Positions 15,001 through 27,890 of a stretch of 64,000 nucleotides of DNA are shown piece after piece. Location: positions 16,988,001-17,052,000 of the forward strand of contig OX597814.1 in the NCBI GenBank assembly GCA_951406725.2, given 5' to 3'. The translations under genes and the position numbers were made by a program. The stretch comes from Octopus vulgaris. Lineage: Eukaryota. Below the pieces are notes generated by a model, which saw only the letters and a list, made by a program, of their open reading frames with translations, had not been told where the DNA came from and did no database searches. Numbering within the stretch: position 1 is the stretch's first letter; each line of letters starts with the position of its first letter.

Positions 15001-18000
15001 TAGCAAAATAGCGAAACCAAATAGCTAATACAAATAGAATACCCAAATAGCCAACCCAAATAGCCAAGAAAATTAGGCAACCCAAATAGCTTAGCCAAAT
15101 ATCACACCCGAATAGCCAAACGAAATAGCCAAGCCAAAATGCCAACCCAAATAGCTTCCCCAAATAGCAAACCCAAATAGCCAACCCAAATAGCCAAGCC
15201 AAATAGCCAACCCAAATAGCTTAGCCAAATAGCAAACCCAAATAGCCAACCTAAACAAACAAGCCAAATAGCCTAGCCAAATAGCGTTGCCAAATAGCTA
15301 ACACCAATAGCATACCCAAATAGCCAACCCAAGTAGCCAAGCCAAATAGCCAACACAAATAGCATAGCCAACACAAATAGCATACCGAAATAGCTTACCC
15401 AAATAGCCAAGCCAAATATCTTAGCCAAATAGCAAACCCAAATAGCTAACCCAAATAGCCAAGCCAAATAGCAAACCCAAATAGCCAAACCAAATAGCCA
15501 AGCAAACTAGACCAGTGAAATAGCCAAACCAAATAGCAAACACAAATAGCCAACCCAAATAACCAAGTCAAATAGCCTAGCCAAATAGCGAAGCCAAATA
15601 GCTAACACAAATAGCATACCCAAATAGCCAACCCAAATAGCCATGCCAAACAACCAACCCAAATAGCTTAGCCAAATAGCAAACACAAATAGCCAACCCA
15701 AATAGCCAAACCATAAAGCCAAGCCAAAAAGCCAGCCCAAATAGCTTCGCCAAATAGCAAACCCGAATAGCCAACCCAAATAGCCAACCCTAATAGCCAA
15801 GCCAAATAGCGAAGCCAAAGAGCTAACACAAATAGCATACCAAATAGCCAACCCAAATAGCCAACCCAAAAAGCCAACCCCAAAAGCTAACCCAAATAGC
15901 TTAGCCAAATAGCAAACCCAAAGAACCAAGCCAAAAAGCCAACCCAAATAGCTTCGCCAAATAGCAAACCCAAATACCCAACCAAAATAGCCGACCCAAA
16001 TAGCCTAGCCAAATAGCCTAGCCAAATACCCTAATCAAATAGCGAAGCCAAATATCTAACACAAATAGCAGACCCAAATAGCCAACCCAAATAACCAAGC
16101 CAAATAGCCAACCCAAATAGCTTAGCCAAATAGCAAACGCAAAAAGCCAACACAAATAGCATGCCCAAATAGTCAAGCCAAGCCAAAAAGCCAAGCCAAA
16201 TAGCCTAGCCAAATTCCGAAGCCAAATAGCTAACACAAATAGCATAACCAAATAGCCTACCCAAATAGCCAAGCCAAATAGCCAACGCAAATAGCTTAGC
16301 CATATAGCAAACCCAAATAGCCAACCCAAATAGCCAAGCCAAAATGCCAACCCAAATAGCCTCCCCAAATTGCAAACCCAAATAGGCAACGCAAATAGCC
16401 GAGCCAAATAGCCAACCCAAATAGCCAACCCAAATAGCTTAGCCAAATAGCAAACCCAAATAGCTATCCCAAATAGCCAAGCCAAATAGCAAACATAAAT
16501 AGCCAACCCAAAAAGCCAACCCAACTACACTAACGAAATAGCCAAACCAAATAGCAAACACAAATAGCCAACCCAAATAACCAAATCAAATAGCTTAGCC
16601 AAATAGCGAAGCCAAATAGCTAACACAAATAGCAACACAAATAGCCAACCCAAATAGCCAAGCCAAATAGCCAACCCAAATAGCTTAGCCAAATAGCAAA
16701 CACAAATTGCCAACCCAAATAGCCAAACCTAAAAGCCAAGCCAAAAAGCCAACCCAAATAGCTTAGCCAAATAGCAAACCCAAATAGCCAAGCCAAAAAG
16801 CCAACCCAAATAGCTTCACCAAATAGCAAACCCAAATAGCCAACCCAAATAGCCGACCCAAATAGCCTAGCCAAATAGCCTAGCCAAATAGCGAAGCCAA
16901 ATATCTAACACAAATAGCATACCCAAATAGCCAACCCAAATAGCCAACCCAAATAGCTTAGCCAAATAGCAAACCCAAAAAGCCAACACAAATATCATGC
17001 CCAAGTAGCCAAGCCAAAATGCCGAGCCAAATAGCCTAGCCAAATACCGAAGCCAATAGCTAACACAAATAGCAAACCCAAATAGCCAACTCAAATAGCC
17101 AAGCCAAATAGCCAACCCAAATAGCTTAGCCAAATAGCAACCCAAATAGCCAACCCAAATAGCCAGGCCAAAATACCAACCCAAATAGCAAACCCAAATA
17201 GCCAACCCAAATAGCCGAGCCAAATAGCCAAGCCAAATAACCAACCCAAATAGCCAAACCAAATAACCAAGCCAAATAGCCTAGCCAAATAGCGAAGCCA
17301 TATAACTAACACAAATAGCATACCCAAATAGCCAACCCAAGTAGCCAAGGCAAACCCAAATAGCCAACCCAAATAGACTAGCCAAATAGCTAAGCCAAAT
17401 AACAAACACAAGTAGCCAACACAAATAGCCAAGTCAAATGACCAAGCCAAATAGCCTAGCCAACACAAATATCATACCAAAATAGCTTACCCAAATAGCC
17501 AAGCCAAATAGCTTAGCCAAATAGCAAACCCAAATAGCTTACCCAAAGAGCCAAGCCAAATAGCAAACCCAAATAGACAACCCTAATATCCAACCCAACT
17601 AGACTAGCGAAATAGCCAAGCCAAATAGCAAACACAAATAGCCTACCCAAATAGCCAACCCAAATAGCCAAGCCAAATAGCCAACCCACATAGCTTAGTC
17701 AAATAGCAAACCCAAGTAGCCAACCCAAATAGCCAAACCTAAAAGCCAAGCCAAAAAGCCCACCCAAATAGATTCGCCAAATAGCAAACCCGAATAGCCA
17801 AACCAAATAGCCAACCGTAATAGCCTAGCCAAATAGCGAACCCAATAGCTATCACAAATAGCATACCCAAATAGCCAACCCAAATAGCCAACCCAAAAAG
17901 CCAAGCCAAAAAGCCAACCCAAATAGCTTAGCCAAATAGCAAACCCAAATAGCCAACCCAAATAACCAAGCCAAATAGCCTAGCCAAATAGCGAAGCCAA

Positions 18001-21000
18001 ATAGCTAACACAAATAGTATTCCCAAATAGCCAACCCAAATAGCCAACCCAAAAGGCCAACCAAAATAGCTTCGCCAAATAGCCAACTCAAATAGCGAAC
18101 CCAAATAGCCAACCCAAATAACCTAGCCAAATAGCCAAGCCAAATAGCAAACACAAATAGCCAAGCCAAATAGCCAAGGCAAATGACCAAGCCAAATAGA
18201 CAAGCCAAGTAGCCAACCCAAATAGGAGATTCAAATATCCAAGCCAAATAGTCAAGCCAAATAGCCTAGCCAAATAGCAAAGCCAAAAAGCCAACACAAA
18301 TAGCATGCCCATATAGCCAAGCCAAATAGCCTAGCCAAATACCGAAGCCAAATAGCTAACGCAAATTGCATACCCAAATAGCCAACCCAAATAGCTTAGC
18401 CAAATAGCAAACCCAAAGTAGTCAACCCAAATAGCGAAGCCAAAAAGCCAACCCAAATAGCCTAGCCAAATAGCGAATCCAAATAACAAATACAAATAGC
18501 CAACCAAAATAACCAAGTCAAATAGCCTAGCCAAATAGCAAAGCCAAATAGCTAACACAAATAGCCTACCCAAATAGCCAACCCAAATAGCCAAGCCAAA
18601 TAGCCAACCCAAATAGCTTAGCCAAATAGCAAACCCAAATAGCCAACCCAAATAGCCAAGCCAAAAAGCCAACCCAAATAGCTTCGACAAATAGCAAACC
18701 CAAATAGCCAACCCAAATAGCCTAGCCAAATAGCCAACCCAAATAACAAACACAAATAGCCAACCCAAATAGCCAAGGAAATGACCAAGCCAAATAGCCA
18801 ACCCAAATAGGAGACTCAAATAGCCAAGCCAAATAGCCAAGCAGAATAGCCTAGCCAAATAGCGAAGCCAAATAGCCTAGCCAAATAGCAAAGCCAAAAA
18901 GCAAACACAAATTGCATGCCCAAATAGCCAAGACAAATAGCCAAGCCAAATAGCAAACACAAAGAGCCAACCCAAATACCCAAGCCAAATGGCCTAGCCA
19001 AATAGCGAAGCCAAATAGCAAATACAAATAGCATACCCAAATAGCCAACCCAAATCGCCATGCCAAATAGCCAACCCAAATTACTTAGCCAAATAGCAAA
19101 CCCAAATAGCCAACCCAAATAGCCAAGCCAAAAAGCCAACCCAAATAGCCAACCCAAATAGCCTAGCCAAATAGCCAAGCCAAATAGCAAACACAAATAG
19201 CCAACCCAAATAGCCAAGGCAAATGACCAAGCCAAATAGCCTAGCCAACACAAATAGCATTCCCAAATAGCCAAGCCAAATAGCCAACCCATATAGCTAA
19301 GCCAAATAGCAAACCCAAATTGCCACCCCAAATAGCCAAGCCAAATAGCAAACCCAAATAGCCAACCCAAATAGCCAACCCAACTAGACTAGGGATATAG
19401 CCATGCCAAATAGCAAACACATATAGCCAACCCAAATAGCCAAGCCAAATAGCTAACCCAAATGGCCAACCCAAATAGCCAACCCAAATAGCAAACTAAA
19501 ATAGCCAACCTAAATAGGAAATACATATAGTCAACCCAAATAGGAAACACAAATAGCCAACCCAAATAGCCAAGCTAAATGACCAAGCCAATTAGCTAAG
19601 CCAAATAGCCAACACTAATAGCAAACCTAAATACCCAACCCAAATACCCAACCCAAATAGCCAAGCCAAATAGCTAACCCAAATGGCCAACCCAAATAGC
19701 CAACCCAAATAGCAAACTAAAATAGCCAACCCAAATAGGAAATACATATAGCCATCCCAAATTGGAAATACAAATAGCCAACCCAAATAGCCAAGCCAAA
19801 TAGCCAAGCCAAAAAGCAAAGCCAAAAAGCCAACCCAAAAAGCCAATCTAAATAGGCAACTAAAGAAGCCAACCCAAATAGACAAGCCAAATTGCCAAGT
19901 CAAAAGCAAACCCAAATAGCCACCCAAATCGCAAACACAAATAGCCAACCCAAATAGCCAACCAAATTGCCAAGCCACATAGCAAAGCAAAATAGCCAAC
20001 CCAAATAGCAAACCCAAATAGCCAACCCAAATAGCCAACTGAAGAAGCCAACCCAAATAGCCAAGCCAAATTGCCAAGCCAAAAAGCAAACCCAAATAGC
20101 CAACCCAAATAGCCAACCCAAATAGCAAACACAAATAGCCAACCCAAATAGCCAAGCCAAATACACAAGCCAAATAGCCTTGCCAAATAGCTAAGCCAAA
20201 TAGCCAACACAAATAGCAAACCCAAATAGCAAACCCAAATAGCCAAGCCAAATAGCAAACCCAAATAGCCAATCCAAGTTGCCAACCCAAATAGCCAAGC
20301 CAAATAGCCAACCCAAATAGCTAACCCAAATAGCCAACCCAAATAGCCAAACCAAATAGCCAAACCAAATAGCCTAGCCAAATAGCCCAGCCAAATAGCC
20401 AACCCAATTAGGAAACACAAATAGCCAACACAAATAGCCAACCCAAATAGCAAATATAAATAGCCAACCCAAATAGCCAACCCAAATAGCCAAGCCAAAT
20501 AGCCCCAAATAGCCAAGCCAAATAGCCAACACAAATAGCAAACCCAAATAGCAAACCCAAATAGCGAAGCCAAATAGCAAACCCAAATAGCCAACCCAAG
20601 TTGCCAACCCAAATAGCTAATCCAAATAGCCAAGCCAAATAGCCAACCCAAATAGCAAACCCAAATAGCCAAGCCTAATATCCAACCCAAATAGCAAACA
20701 CAAATAGTCAACCTAAATAACCAACCCAAATAGCAAACACAAATAGCCAACCCAAATAACCAAGCTAAATAGCCTAGCCAAATAGCTAAGCCAAATAGCC
20801 AACACAAATAGCCAAGCTAAATGACCAAGCCAATTAGCTAAGCCAAATAGCCAACACTAATAGCAAACCTAAATACCCAACCCAAATAGACAAGCCAAAT
20901 AGCTAACCCAAATGGCCAACCCAAATGGCCAACCCAAATAGCAAAGTAAAATAGCGAACCCAAATAGGAAATACATATAGCCATCCCAAATTGGAAATAC

Positions 21001-21996
21001 AAATAGCCAACCCAAATAGCCAAGCCAAATAGCCAAGCCAAAAAGCAAAGCCAAAAAGCCAACCCAAATAGCCAATCTAAATAGGCAACTGAAAAAGCCA
21101 ACCCAAATAGACAAGCCAAATTGCCAAGTCAAAAGCAAACCCAAATAGCCACCCAAATCGCAAACACAAATAGCCAACCCAAATAGCCAACCAAATTGCC
21201 AAGCCACATAGCAAAGCAAAATAGCCAACCCAAATAGCAAACCCAAATAGCCAACCCAAATAGCCAACTGAAGAAGCCAACCCAAATAGCCAAGCCAAAA
21301 AGCAAACCCAAATAGCCAACCCAAATAGCCAACCCAAATAGCAAACACAAATAGCCAACCCAAATAGCCAAGCCAAATACACAAGCCAAATAGCCTTGCC
21401 AAATAGCTAAGCCAAATAGCCAACACAAATAGCAAACCCAAATAGCAAACCCAAATAGCCAAGCCAAATAGCAAACCTAAATAGCCAACCCAAGTTGCCA
21501 ACCCAAATAGCCAAGCCAAATAGCCAACCCAAATAGCTAACCCAAATAGACAACCCAAATAGCCAAACCAAATAGCCTAGCCAAATAGCCCAGCCAAATA
21601 GCCAACCCAAGTAGGAAACACAAATAGCCAACACAAATAGCCAACCCAAATAGCAAATACAAATAGCCAACCCAAATAGCCATCCCAAATAGCCAAGCCA
21701 AATAGCCTAGCCAAATAGCTAAGCCAAATAGCCAACACAAATAGCAAACCCAAATAGCAAACCCAAATAGCGAAGCCAAATAGCAAACCCAAATAGCCAA
21801 CCCAAGTTGCCAACCCAAATAGCTAATCCAAATAGCCAAGCCAAATATCCAACCCAAATAGGAAACACAAATAGTCAACCTAAATAACCAACCCAAATAG
21901 CAAACACAAATAGCCAACCCAAATAGCCAAGCTAAATAGCCTAGCCAAATAGCTAAGCCAAATAGCCAACACAAATAGCAAACACAAATAGCCAAC
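1..21996. repeat. Satellite array of a 13-bp monomer, (G/C)(C/A)CAAATAGC(C/A/G/T)(A/T)A; open at window start
   Basis: Continuous tandem units such as gccaaatagccaa, cccaaatagccaa, gccaaatagccta, cacaaatagcaaa. Near-constant CAAATAG core with variable flanks. The minus-strand ORFs have a 13-aa period (3 x 13 bp). The array ends abruptly at gccaac|gtggacg. Confidence 0.98.
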
Positions 21997-22096
21997 GTGG
22001 ACGTAGGCGCGATCGATGCCGTCAGTTGCCGGGAGTGCGTGGCGATATGCACCGGGTAAACACAGCGACGTGGTCCGACCCGTGAGTTAAGGAGGT

Positions 22097-22346
22097 GCAT
22101 GCACAGTCACACTTTCGCGCATGCGCAGTCACACGTTCGCGCATGCGCATTCGTACTTTCGCGCATGTGCAGTCACACGTTCGCGCATGTGCACGCACAC
22201 GTTCGTGCATGCACAGTTACAATTTCGCGCATGCGCACGCACACTTTAACGCATGCGCAATTACATTTTCGCGCATGCGCAGTCACACGTTTGCGCATGC
22301 GCAGTCACACTTTTGTGCAGGCGCACGCTCACGTTCGCGCACGCAC
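22097..22346. repeat. 22-bp CpG-rich minisatellite, about 11 copies of gcatgcgcagtcacacgttcgc
   Basis: Units read directly. Unit junctions create GCGCATGCGC palindromes. Confidence 0.92.
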
Positions 22347-22385
22347 ATATATGTGCGCATATAGCATAAGACCATATATATATCT

Positions 22386-22879
22386 GTTGTGTGAGTGTCT
22401 GTCTCCTACGATTTAGATTCCTTACTACTCCCACATTTTGCGGTGCAGTTTAACCAAATTTGGGTATCTTATAGTCGTGATTCATATTGAGCCCGTCTGG
22501 GTACTAGCGCGCGTCTAGGATGAGTCTACGATTTTAAAAATAATTTACCATAATTTTTTTCCATATTAACGCATATTTTTTCGTGTGTCGATGGCGGCGG
22601 AGTTGGCGTCCATGTTCACACCTGCACCTGTGTTGCTTCTCCCCCTTCTTCCCTCCCTCGTAAAGCTGTGGGGATGGGAGTGTAAGGAAATCAACGTCGT
22701 AAAGCGTTGTCAAGGAGACCAGCTTTCTTTTAGAACAACGACTTCATGGCTTAAAGTCGCCAAAACAGAAATCGGTAAAAAAGCTGAATCAGATCCACAA
22801 AAACGGCAAAAACCGCAACACAGGGCAGGTTTCCTGTGCAAACAATTTGCCCAACCGAATGTTTTAGTTGTTTCACAAA
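22386..22879 (+). mobile_element. 5' part of a longer Helitron-family copy, lacking the TC start and the 3' end
   Basis: 22386-~22580 matches the 5' half of the Helitron at 22880 (gtctgtctcctacgatttagattcc...ctcccacattttgcggtgcagtttaacc...), then continues into different sequence. Confidence 0.6.
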
Positions 22880-23269
22880 TCTTTATATATAAAAGTAAAG
22901 TTGTGTGTCTGTCTCCGACGATTTTGATTCCTAACTACTCCCACATTTTGCGGTGCAGTTTAACCAAAACCGGGTATCTTATAGTCGTGATTCATATCGA
23001 GCCCTTCTGGGTATTAGCTCGCGTCTACGATGAGTCTACGATTTTTAAAATAATTTACCATCATTGTTTTCCATTTTAATGCATTTTTTGCTATTATATA
23101 AGGGAAGTAACTCTCTAAAAATGTCTACGATGAGTCAACGACTTAAAAAATTTACTATAATTTTTTTCCATTTTTAATGCATTTTTTTGTTATTTTTTGG
23201 TATAACTCTCTAAAAATGCTTTATAGTTATTTCCCTTACAAACCCGAGCAACGCCGGGCGATACTGCTA

Positions 23270-23270
<1 letters not shown>
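22880..23270 (+). mobile_element. Non-autonomous Helitron, complete
   Basis: 5' TC(tttatatataaaag), subterminal hairpin cccg-agcaacgc-cggg, 3' CTAG, inserted between A and T with no TSD. These are standard Helitron hallmarks. Confidence 0.88.

Positions 23271-23343
<73 letters not shown>
23271..23343. repeat. (TA)n microsatellite
   Basis: Read directly. Confidence 0.95.
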
Positions 23344-23349
<6 letters not shown>

Positions 23350-24340
23350 GCGTATGTGTGTATGATGTATATGTATATAAATATTTATATATTTCGACGT
23401 GTCTAAAGTTACTAGTGGCACTAGTCAGCACCATTATTGCTAGAAATGAGAGTCAAAGCATTGATCAAATACATATACGAATCTATTCAAAGCTCTGATA
23501 CTCGTGAAACTCGGACTCGCAAAATAATCTGCATATAAAGTTGAAACTTTACTACTTATATTCTGTATGTATGTCTCTCATTTCCGCAGCAAAAAGCAAA
23601 ACATACATATACGCTCACACACGCACACATACAAACATATATATATATATATATATACACACGTGCGCACCCACAGACACTTACATGTGGGCCCACGCGG
23701 TTACACACACACACACACTTACCCAATTTTATTTTCATTTACTTTCCTTACTTTACTGATTCGTCTTTTTCTTCATTATGTTTTTCGGATTAGTATATCA
23801 CCGTTTCTCTCATAGAGCCAGCATTCCCCTGGTTTAAATTTACCATATGCCATTTTTATCTGTTTGCCGGGCCAAAATCTGGTCAACAAATGATAGACGT
23901 GTATGTACTTATCGCATTCACAGCTTTGTACAAACTAATGACTTGCGATATAGTTCGGATGGGTAAAGGTTAGTCTTTCTCCTTGAAGGCTTAATAGCTG
24001 TCAATTGTTCTTTTATTTATGGTGACGAGACTGTACATAATCTACAATGTTTATATCTCTGTCATTCATACATACATTTGCCTGCACACCCACGATCTCT
24101 CACTCGCCAACTAATAATGCACACACCCGCGTACACAAACGCATAAGCACACAGACAGATAGACACACATACACACGTACAAACACACATGCTCACGCAC
24201 ACACATACATACGCTCACACACATATTCTCATTTATCGTTGTTCACACAACTAAGATCGTAGGATGAATTGCATATATAGAGAGAGTGAAACATGTGATA
24301 ATAAATGTAATAATAAAAAATAATAAATAAATAAATAAAT

Positions 24341-24595
24341 GCGCCTTCTAAAGCCTAGCCAGGCTCATGGGTCCGGTTTCCCGGTTACCCGGTTTGTATG
24401 GCGTATGTGTTCCCCAGCTGGATGCGACGCCAGTCCATCGCAGCGTTACTCATTTTTGCCAGCTGAGTGGACTGGAGCAACGCGAAATTAAGTGTTTTTC
24501 TCAAGAACACAACGCGTCGCCCGGTCCAGGAATCGAAACCACAATCTTACAATCATGATGCTGCCACCCTAACCACTAAGCCACGCGCCTCCACA
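24341..24595 (-). mobile_element. tRNA-derived SINE (tgtggaggcgc head; V-domain-like ctgcgatggactggcgtc segment)
   Basis: The minus strand has A-box tggcttagtgg and B-box-like ggtttcgattcc. Its tail is shared with 25535-25625 and the 62263 copy. Confidence 0.75.
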
Positions 24596-24658
24596 ATAAT
24601 AATAATACTCGTTCTAAAATGAGATAAAACTTGAATCTGCAAGTGGCTCCATTTAAAG

Positions 24659-25034
24659 TGTGGAGGCGCAATGGCCCAGTGGTTAGGGCAGCGGATTCGC
24701 GGTCGTAGGATCGCGGTTTCGATTCCCAGACCGGGCGTTGTGAGTGTTTATTGAGCGAAAACACCTAAAAGCTCCACGAGGCTCCGGTGGTGATCCCTGC
24801 TGTACTCTTTCACCACAACTTTCCCTCACTCTTACTTCCTGTTTCTGTTGTACCTGTATTTCAAAGGGCCGGCCTTGTCACTCTCTGTGTCACGCTGAAT
24901 ATCCCCGAGAACTACGTTAAGGGTACACGTGTCTGTGGAGTGCTCAGCCACTTACACGTTAATTTCACGAGCAGGCTGTTCCGTTGATTCGGATCAACCG
25001 GAACCCTCGTCGTCGTAACCGACGGAGTGCTTCC
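24659..25034 (+). mobile_element. tRNA-derived SINE (tgtggaggcgcaatggcccagtgg head)
   Basis: A-box tggcccagtgg and B-box ggtttcgattccc. The head is homologous to the 62263 copy. Confidence 0.8.
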
Positions 25035-25337
25035 TTTCTTCCGTTTAAAGTCTCCGCTTAATGAACTTGTTGTCTTAAGTAATACGCCTATGCAATGACG
25101 TTGTGTTTTAATTTCATTTCGTCTCCATAAACTCACTAAATTTCGTCTACGTTACATATTCTATTCTTCTCGGGTTATTATAAAGGAAACTAACTAAAAT
25201 AATTTTATATATAGATATATATATATAAATATGAACATTTCTCACCATCCAATGTAATTGCCATCCCCACGCATCTGGTAACGATTTTCTGATTCCGTAT
25301 ACACACATACACGAACAAACATGCACGTACAATCACA

Positions 25338-25341
<4 letters not shown>

Positions 25342-25392
<51 letters not shown>
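25342..25392. repeat. (CA)n microsatellite
   Basis: Read directly. Confidence 0.95.
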
Positions 25393-25400
<8 letters not shown>

Positions 25401-25534
25401 ACGAACGCACACATACACACGAACCGGTCGAATCATATCCACGTTATAATAACGTGGCTAATGTTGTATGTTGTTGTATGTTTTTTTAATACACATATAC
25501 TTCAAATTAATCACAAATGCTGTTTTGTGTTCTA

Positions 25535-25625
25535 CGGCGTCTCGTCCAGGTGAGGAACCTATACGCCAAGGAAACCGGGAAACCGGACCTTATGAGATAG
25601 GCATGGTTCAAGAAGGAACAAACAA
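25535..25625 (+). mobile_element. SINE 3' tail fragment
   Basis: acgccaaggaaaccgggaaa...gaaggaacaaacaa matches the 3' end of the SINE at 62263-62531. Confidence 0.6.
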
Positions 25626-25879
25626 AGACAATTGCTGTTTGATGTTCTGTAAATTTAAAAATCAACTCACTTTGTCAGAACATACAATGATATGCAAATT
25701 AGATGAGTTTAGTTGTATTCTATTCTGTATAATCATATTCAGTTGATTACGCATATATATATATATAGGACCCTGACAGTTGATATTAATGCGGATAATA
25801 GCAGACTTATTCTTTACAAGTGTCAGCTCGAGAGCTGCGGCCACACTGGGTCACCGCCGTGCGCTTTGCAACCCTTTCA

Positions 25880-26360
25880 GTACTTGAAGCTTCCTCTCAT
25901 TAATGGCATTAGGTGAATGAGGGAGTTTGATGTTGCTGCCTTCGTCTACGTTTCTTGCCGGGGGGAACATTGAAGAGCAGCGGGCCCTTGAAACCCCTTG
26001 AAACCCAAGCTATAGTAGTATCTGGTCCTGTATCCTGATGACAATGTTTGGATTTTGGTACTATGCAGTGGCGCCCGTTTTGCTGTTTCGGCAACTTTCA
26101 ATGCCAAAGTTTGCTATAACTTTTCCTAGGATTTTCCAGGTGTATATCACTGCATATCACCACTGCGTTCGTTCTAGGGATTAAAGTTTTAATTTTTTTC
26201 AGTTTCTCTAAAACATGAGGCATTGAGCTGACCTGTCACATTGAGTCGATCTTTGGGTAGCTTCAGTTATATATATTTTTCACATCCAAATTTTTACCAT
26301 ATGGGGCCATAACAAAATCCAATAATAGGTATAGATGCACATCTGTCTAATTACTTGTCT
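25880..26360 (-). pseudogene. CR1-like LINE, 3' ORF2 relic
   Basis: The minus-strand translation GRHCIVPK...GFKGPLLFNVPP parallels the C-terminus of the relic at 29290-30140. Confidence 0.55.
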
Positions 26361-26859
26361 CCCTCTAAAATCAGACTTAACTTGGCGATCGGTCGACTTA
26401 CAACATCGTTCTTCGTCTTGAGTTTACTTGGTAGAGTGTGTTTGTTAACTTGACAACAAGGTCAAGATGAGCTCTGATTGGTTATATGCAAATGAGTTCA
26501 TTACTGGGGTCCGGAACTCGTGTGGGGAAAAATGTTTCGCGGACGGGACACGTGTCAGTCGCCGGATTACTTATTTTTTCGGCCTGAGCAACATAAAACG
26601 AAAAGGTTTGTTCATGTACACAGGACACTGCTCGGTCCAGGAATCGAAATCACAATCTGAGATCTCGAAACTAACCCTATAAGACACACACATACACACA
26701 TACATCCCTACACACATGCACGCACGCACAGAATAATTGCTATGAAGCATTGTGTAGAAATATTGTATAAAGAATCGTGGGTAAGGCCAGAAGAATGCGA
26801 AGTAAATGCAAGGCAAATCGCAAGAAAAATATATGAATTAATGTAGACTTACATTGTAT

Positions 26860-27383
26860 TCAATATTTCGGGGTTATCTCTTACCGTCTTTCTCTTTTTC
26901 TTTCTCTCGTTGCTCGCACGAGACCATCGTCCATCTTCCTTTCCCTCACGTAACTATCTTTCTTTTCCTCCACGACGTTCTAAAGACTGGGAGTTTTCTA
27001 TCTCTCTTCTATCGTTTCTCTTTTCAAAGAAAATATTTCTCCTACCGTTCACTATTTTCCCCTCATTCTGGTCTAACGACCCTTCACGCTTCTTTTCGTT
27101 TGGTTTCCTTGTTTGTTTCCAATGTTCTGTTTTTGTTCCCAAATTTGACCCTCCATAAATCCAAAATTTTTTTTTTGGTATTTATGGGAGCTACTGTCTT
27201 CGAAGACTCATATTGTCGTTCAATGCTCGAAATGAGGAGTAGATAGAAGGCTGACAACTGATGAAGGATCGTTTTTTGTATTCTTTGTATTACTTGTCTT
27301 GTTTTCCATTTTTTTCTCTCCTCCTTTACGTATTTAACTTGTTTGTTTTTGCATTTCATGATATTTGGTGACATCCTGTACCC
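26860..27383 (+). mobile_element. Pyrimidine-rich non-coding element ending at (TA)n; probable Penelope-like 3' region
   Basis: C/T-rich body, stem gagc...gctc followed by GAAA, then CTGATGA. Its 3' end (tcctgtac) resembles that of the minus-strand element at 61292-61475. The 5' boundary is approximate. Confidence 0.45.
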
Positions 27384-27444
27384 ATATATATATGTATATA
27401 TATATATAGGTTTGTGTGTGTATGTGTCTGTGTGTGTATAGGTA

Positions 27445-27480
<36 letters not shown>

Positions 27481-27482
<2 letters not shown>

Positions 27483-27636
27483 ACCGACTGAAACTGCTGA
27501 GAAAATCTGGAACTCGACTGAAGATAGAAAACTCCGGATAACACGTCCTTTTTTTCCTGTCATTTCTTTGTATCGTCTAACTGTCCGGCTGTTTTTTTGT
27601 CGCCTGTTACGTTCTTGTTCCATTTTTGTTTTCTTC
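27481..27636 (+). mobile_element. Short element 3' end between microsatellites, related to the 32416 family
   Basis: Shares gactgaaga, tgtatcgtct and tacgttcttg..ccat with the minus strand of 32416-32545. Confidence 0.5.
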
Positions 27637-27647
27637 ATATATACATA

Positions 27648-27693
<46 letters not shown>

Positions 27694-27791
27694 TATATAT
27701 ATACATATATATATATACATATATATATATATACATACATATATATATTATTTATACAATATATATACGCAAACATGCACATATAAGTATA

Positions 27792-27890
<99 letters not shown>

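Noticed and set aside
104-21813. Dozens of hydrophobic W/L/G/Y-rich minus-strand ORFs resembling membrane proteins
   Set aside because: They are translations of the 13-bp satellite. All three frames give the same 13-aa pattern, with frequent stops.
1-21996. CRISPR-like constant/variable alternation
   Set aside because: The variable parts are only 5-6 nt and are reused. There are no unique spacers and no cas genes, and the context is eukaryotic.
24659-24735. tRNA gene-like sequences here and at other SINE heads
   Set aside because: A and B boxes are present, but they continue into multi-copy SINE bodies without a proper acceptor stem or terminator.
26035-26041. Isolated CTGATGA/CTGAAGA motifs (also 55327 and several within 45.6-47.3 kb)
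   Set aside because: No stem II-GAAA partner, and they lie inside LINE or transposase coding relics.
26467-26682. ORF with FADGT resembling the RT motif FADDT
   Set aside because: Too short, with no other convincing RT motifs.
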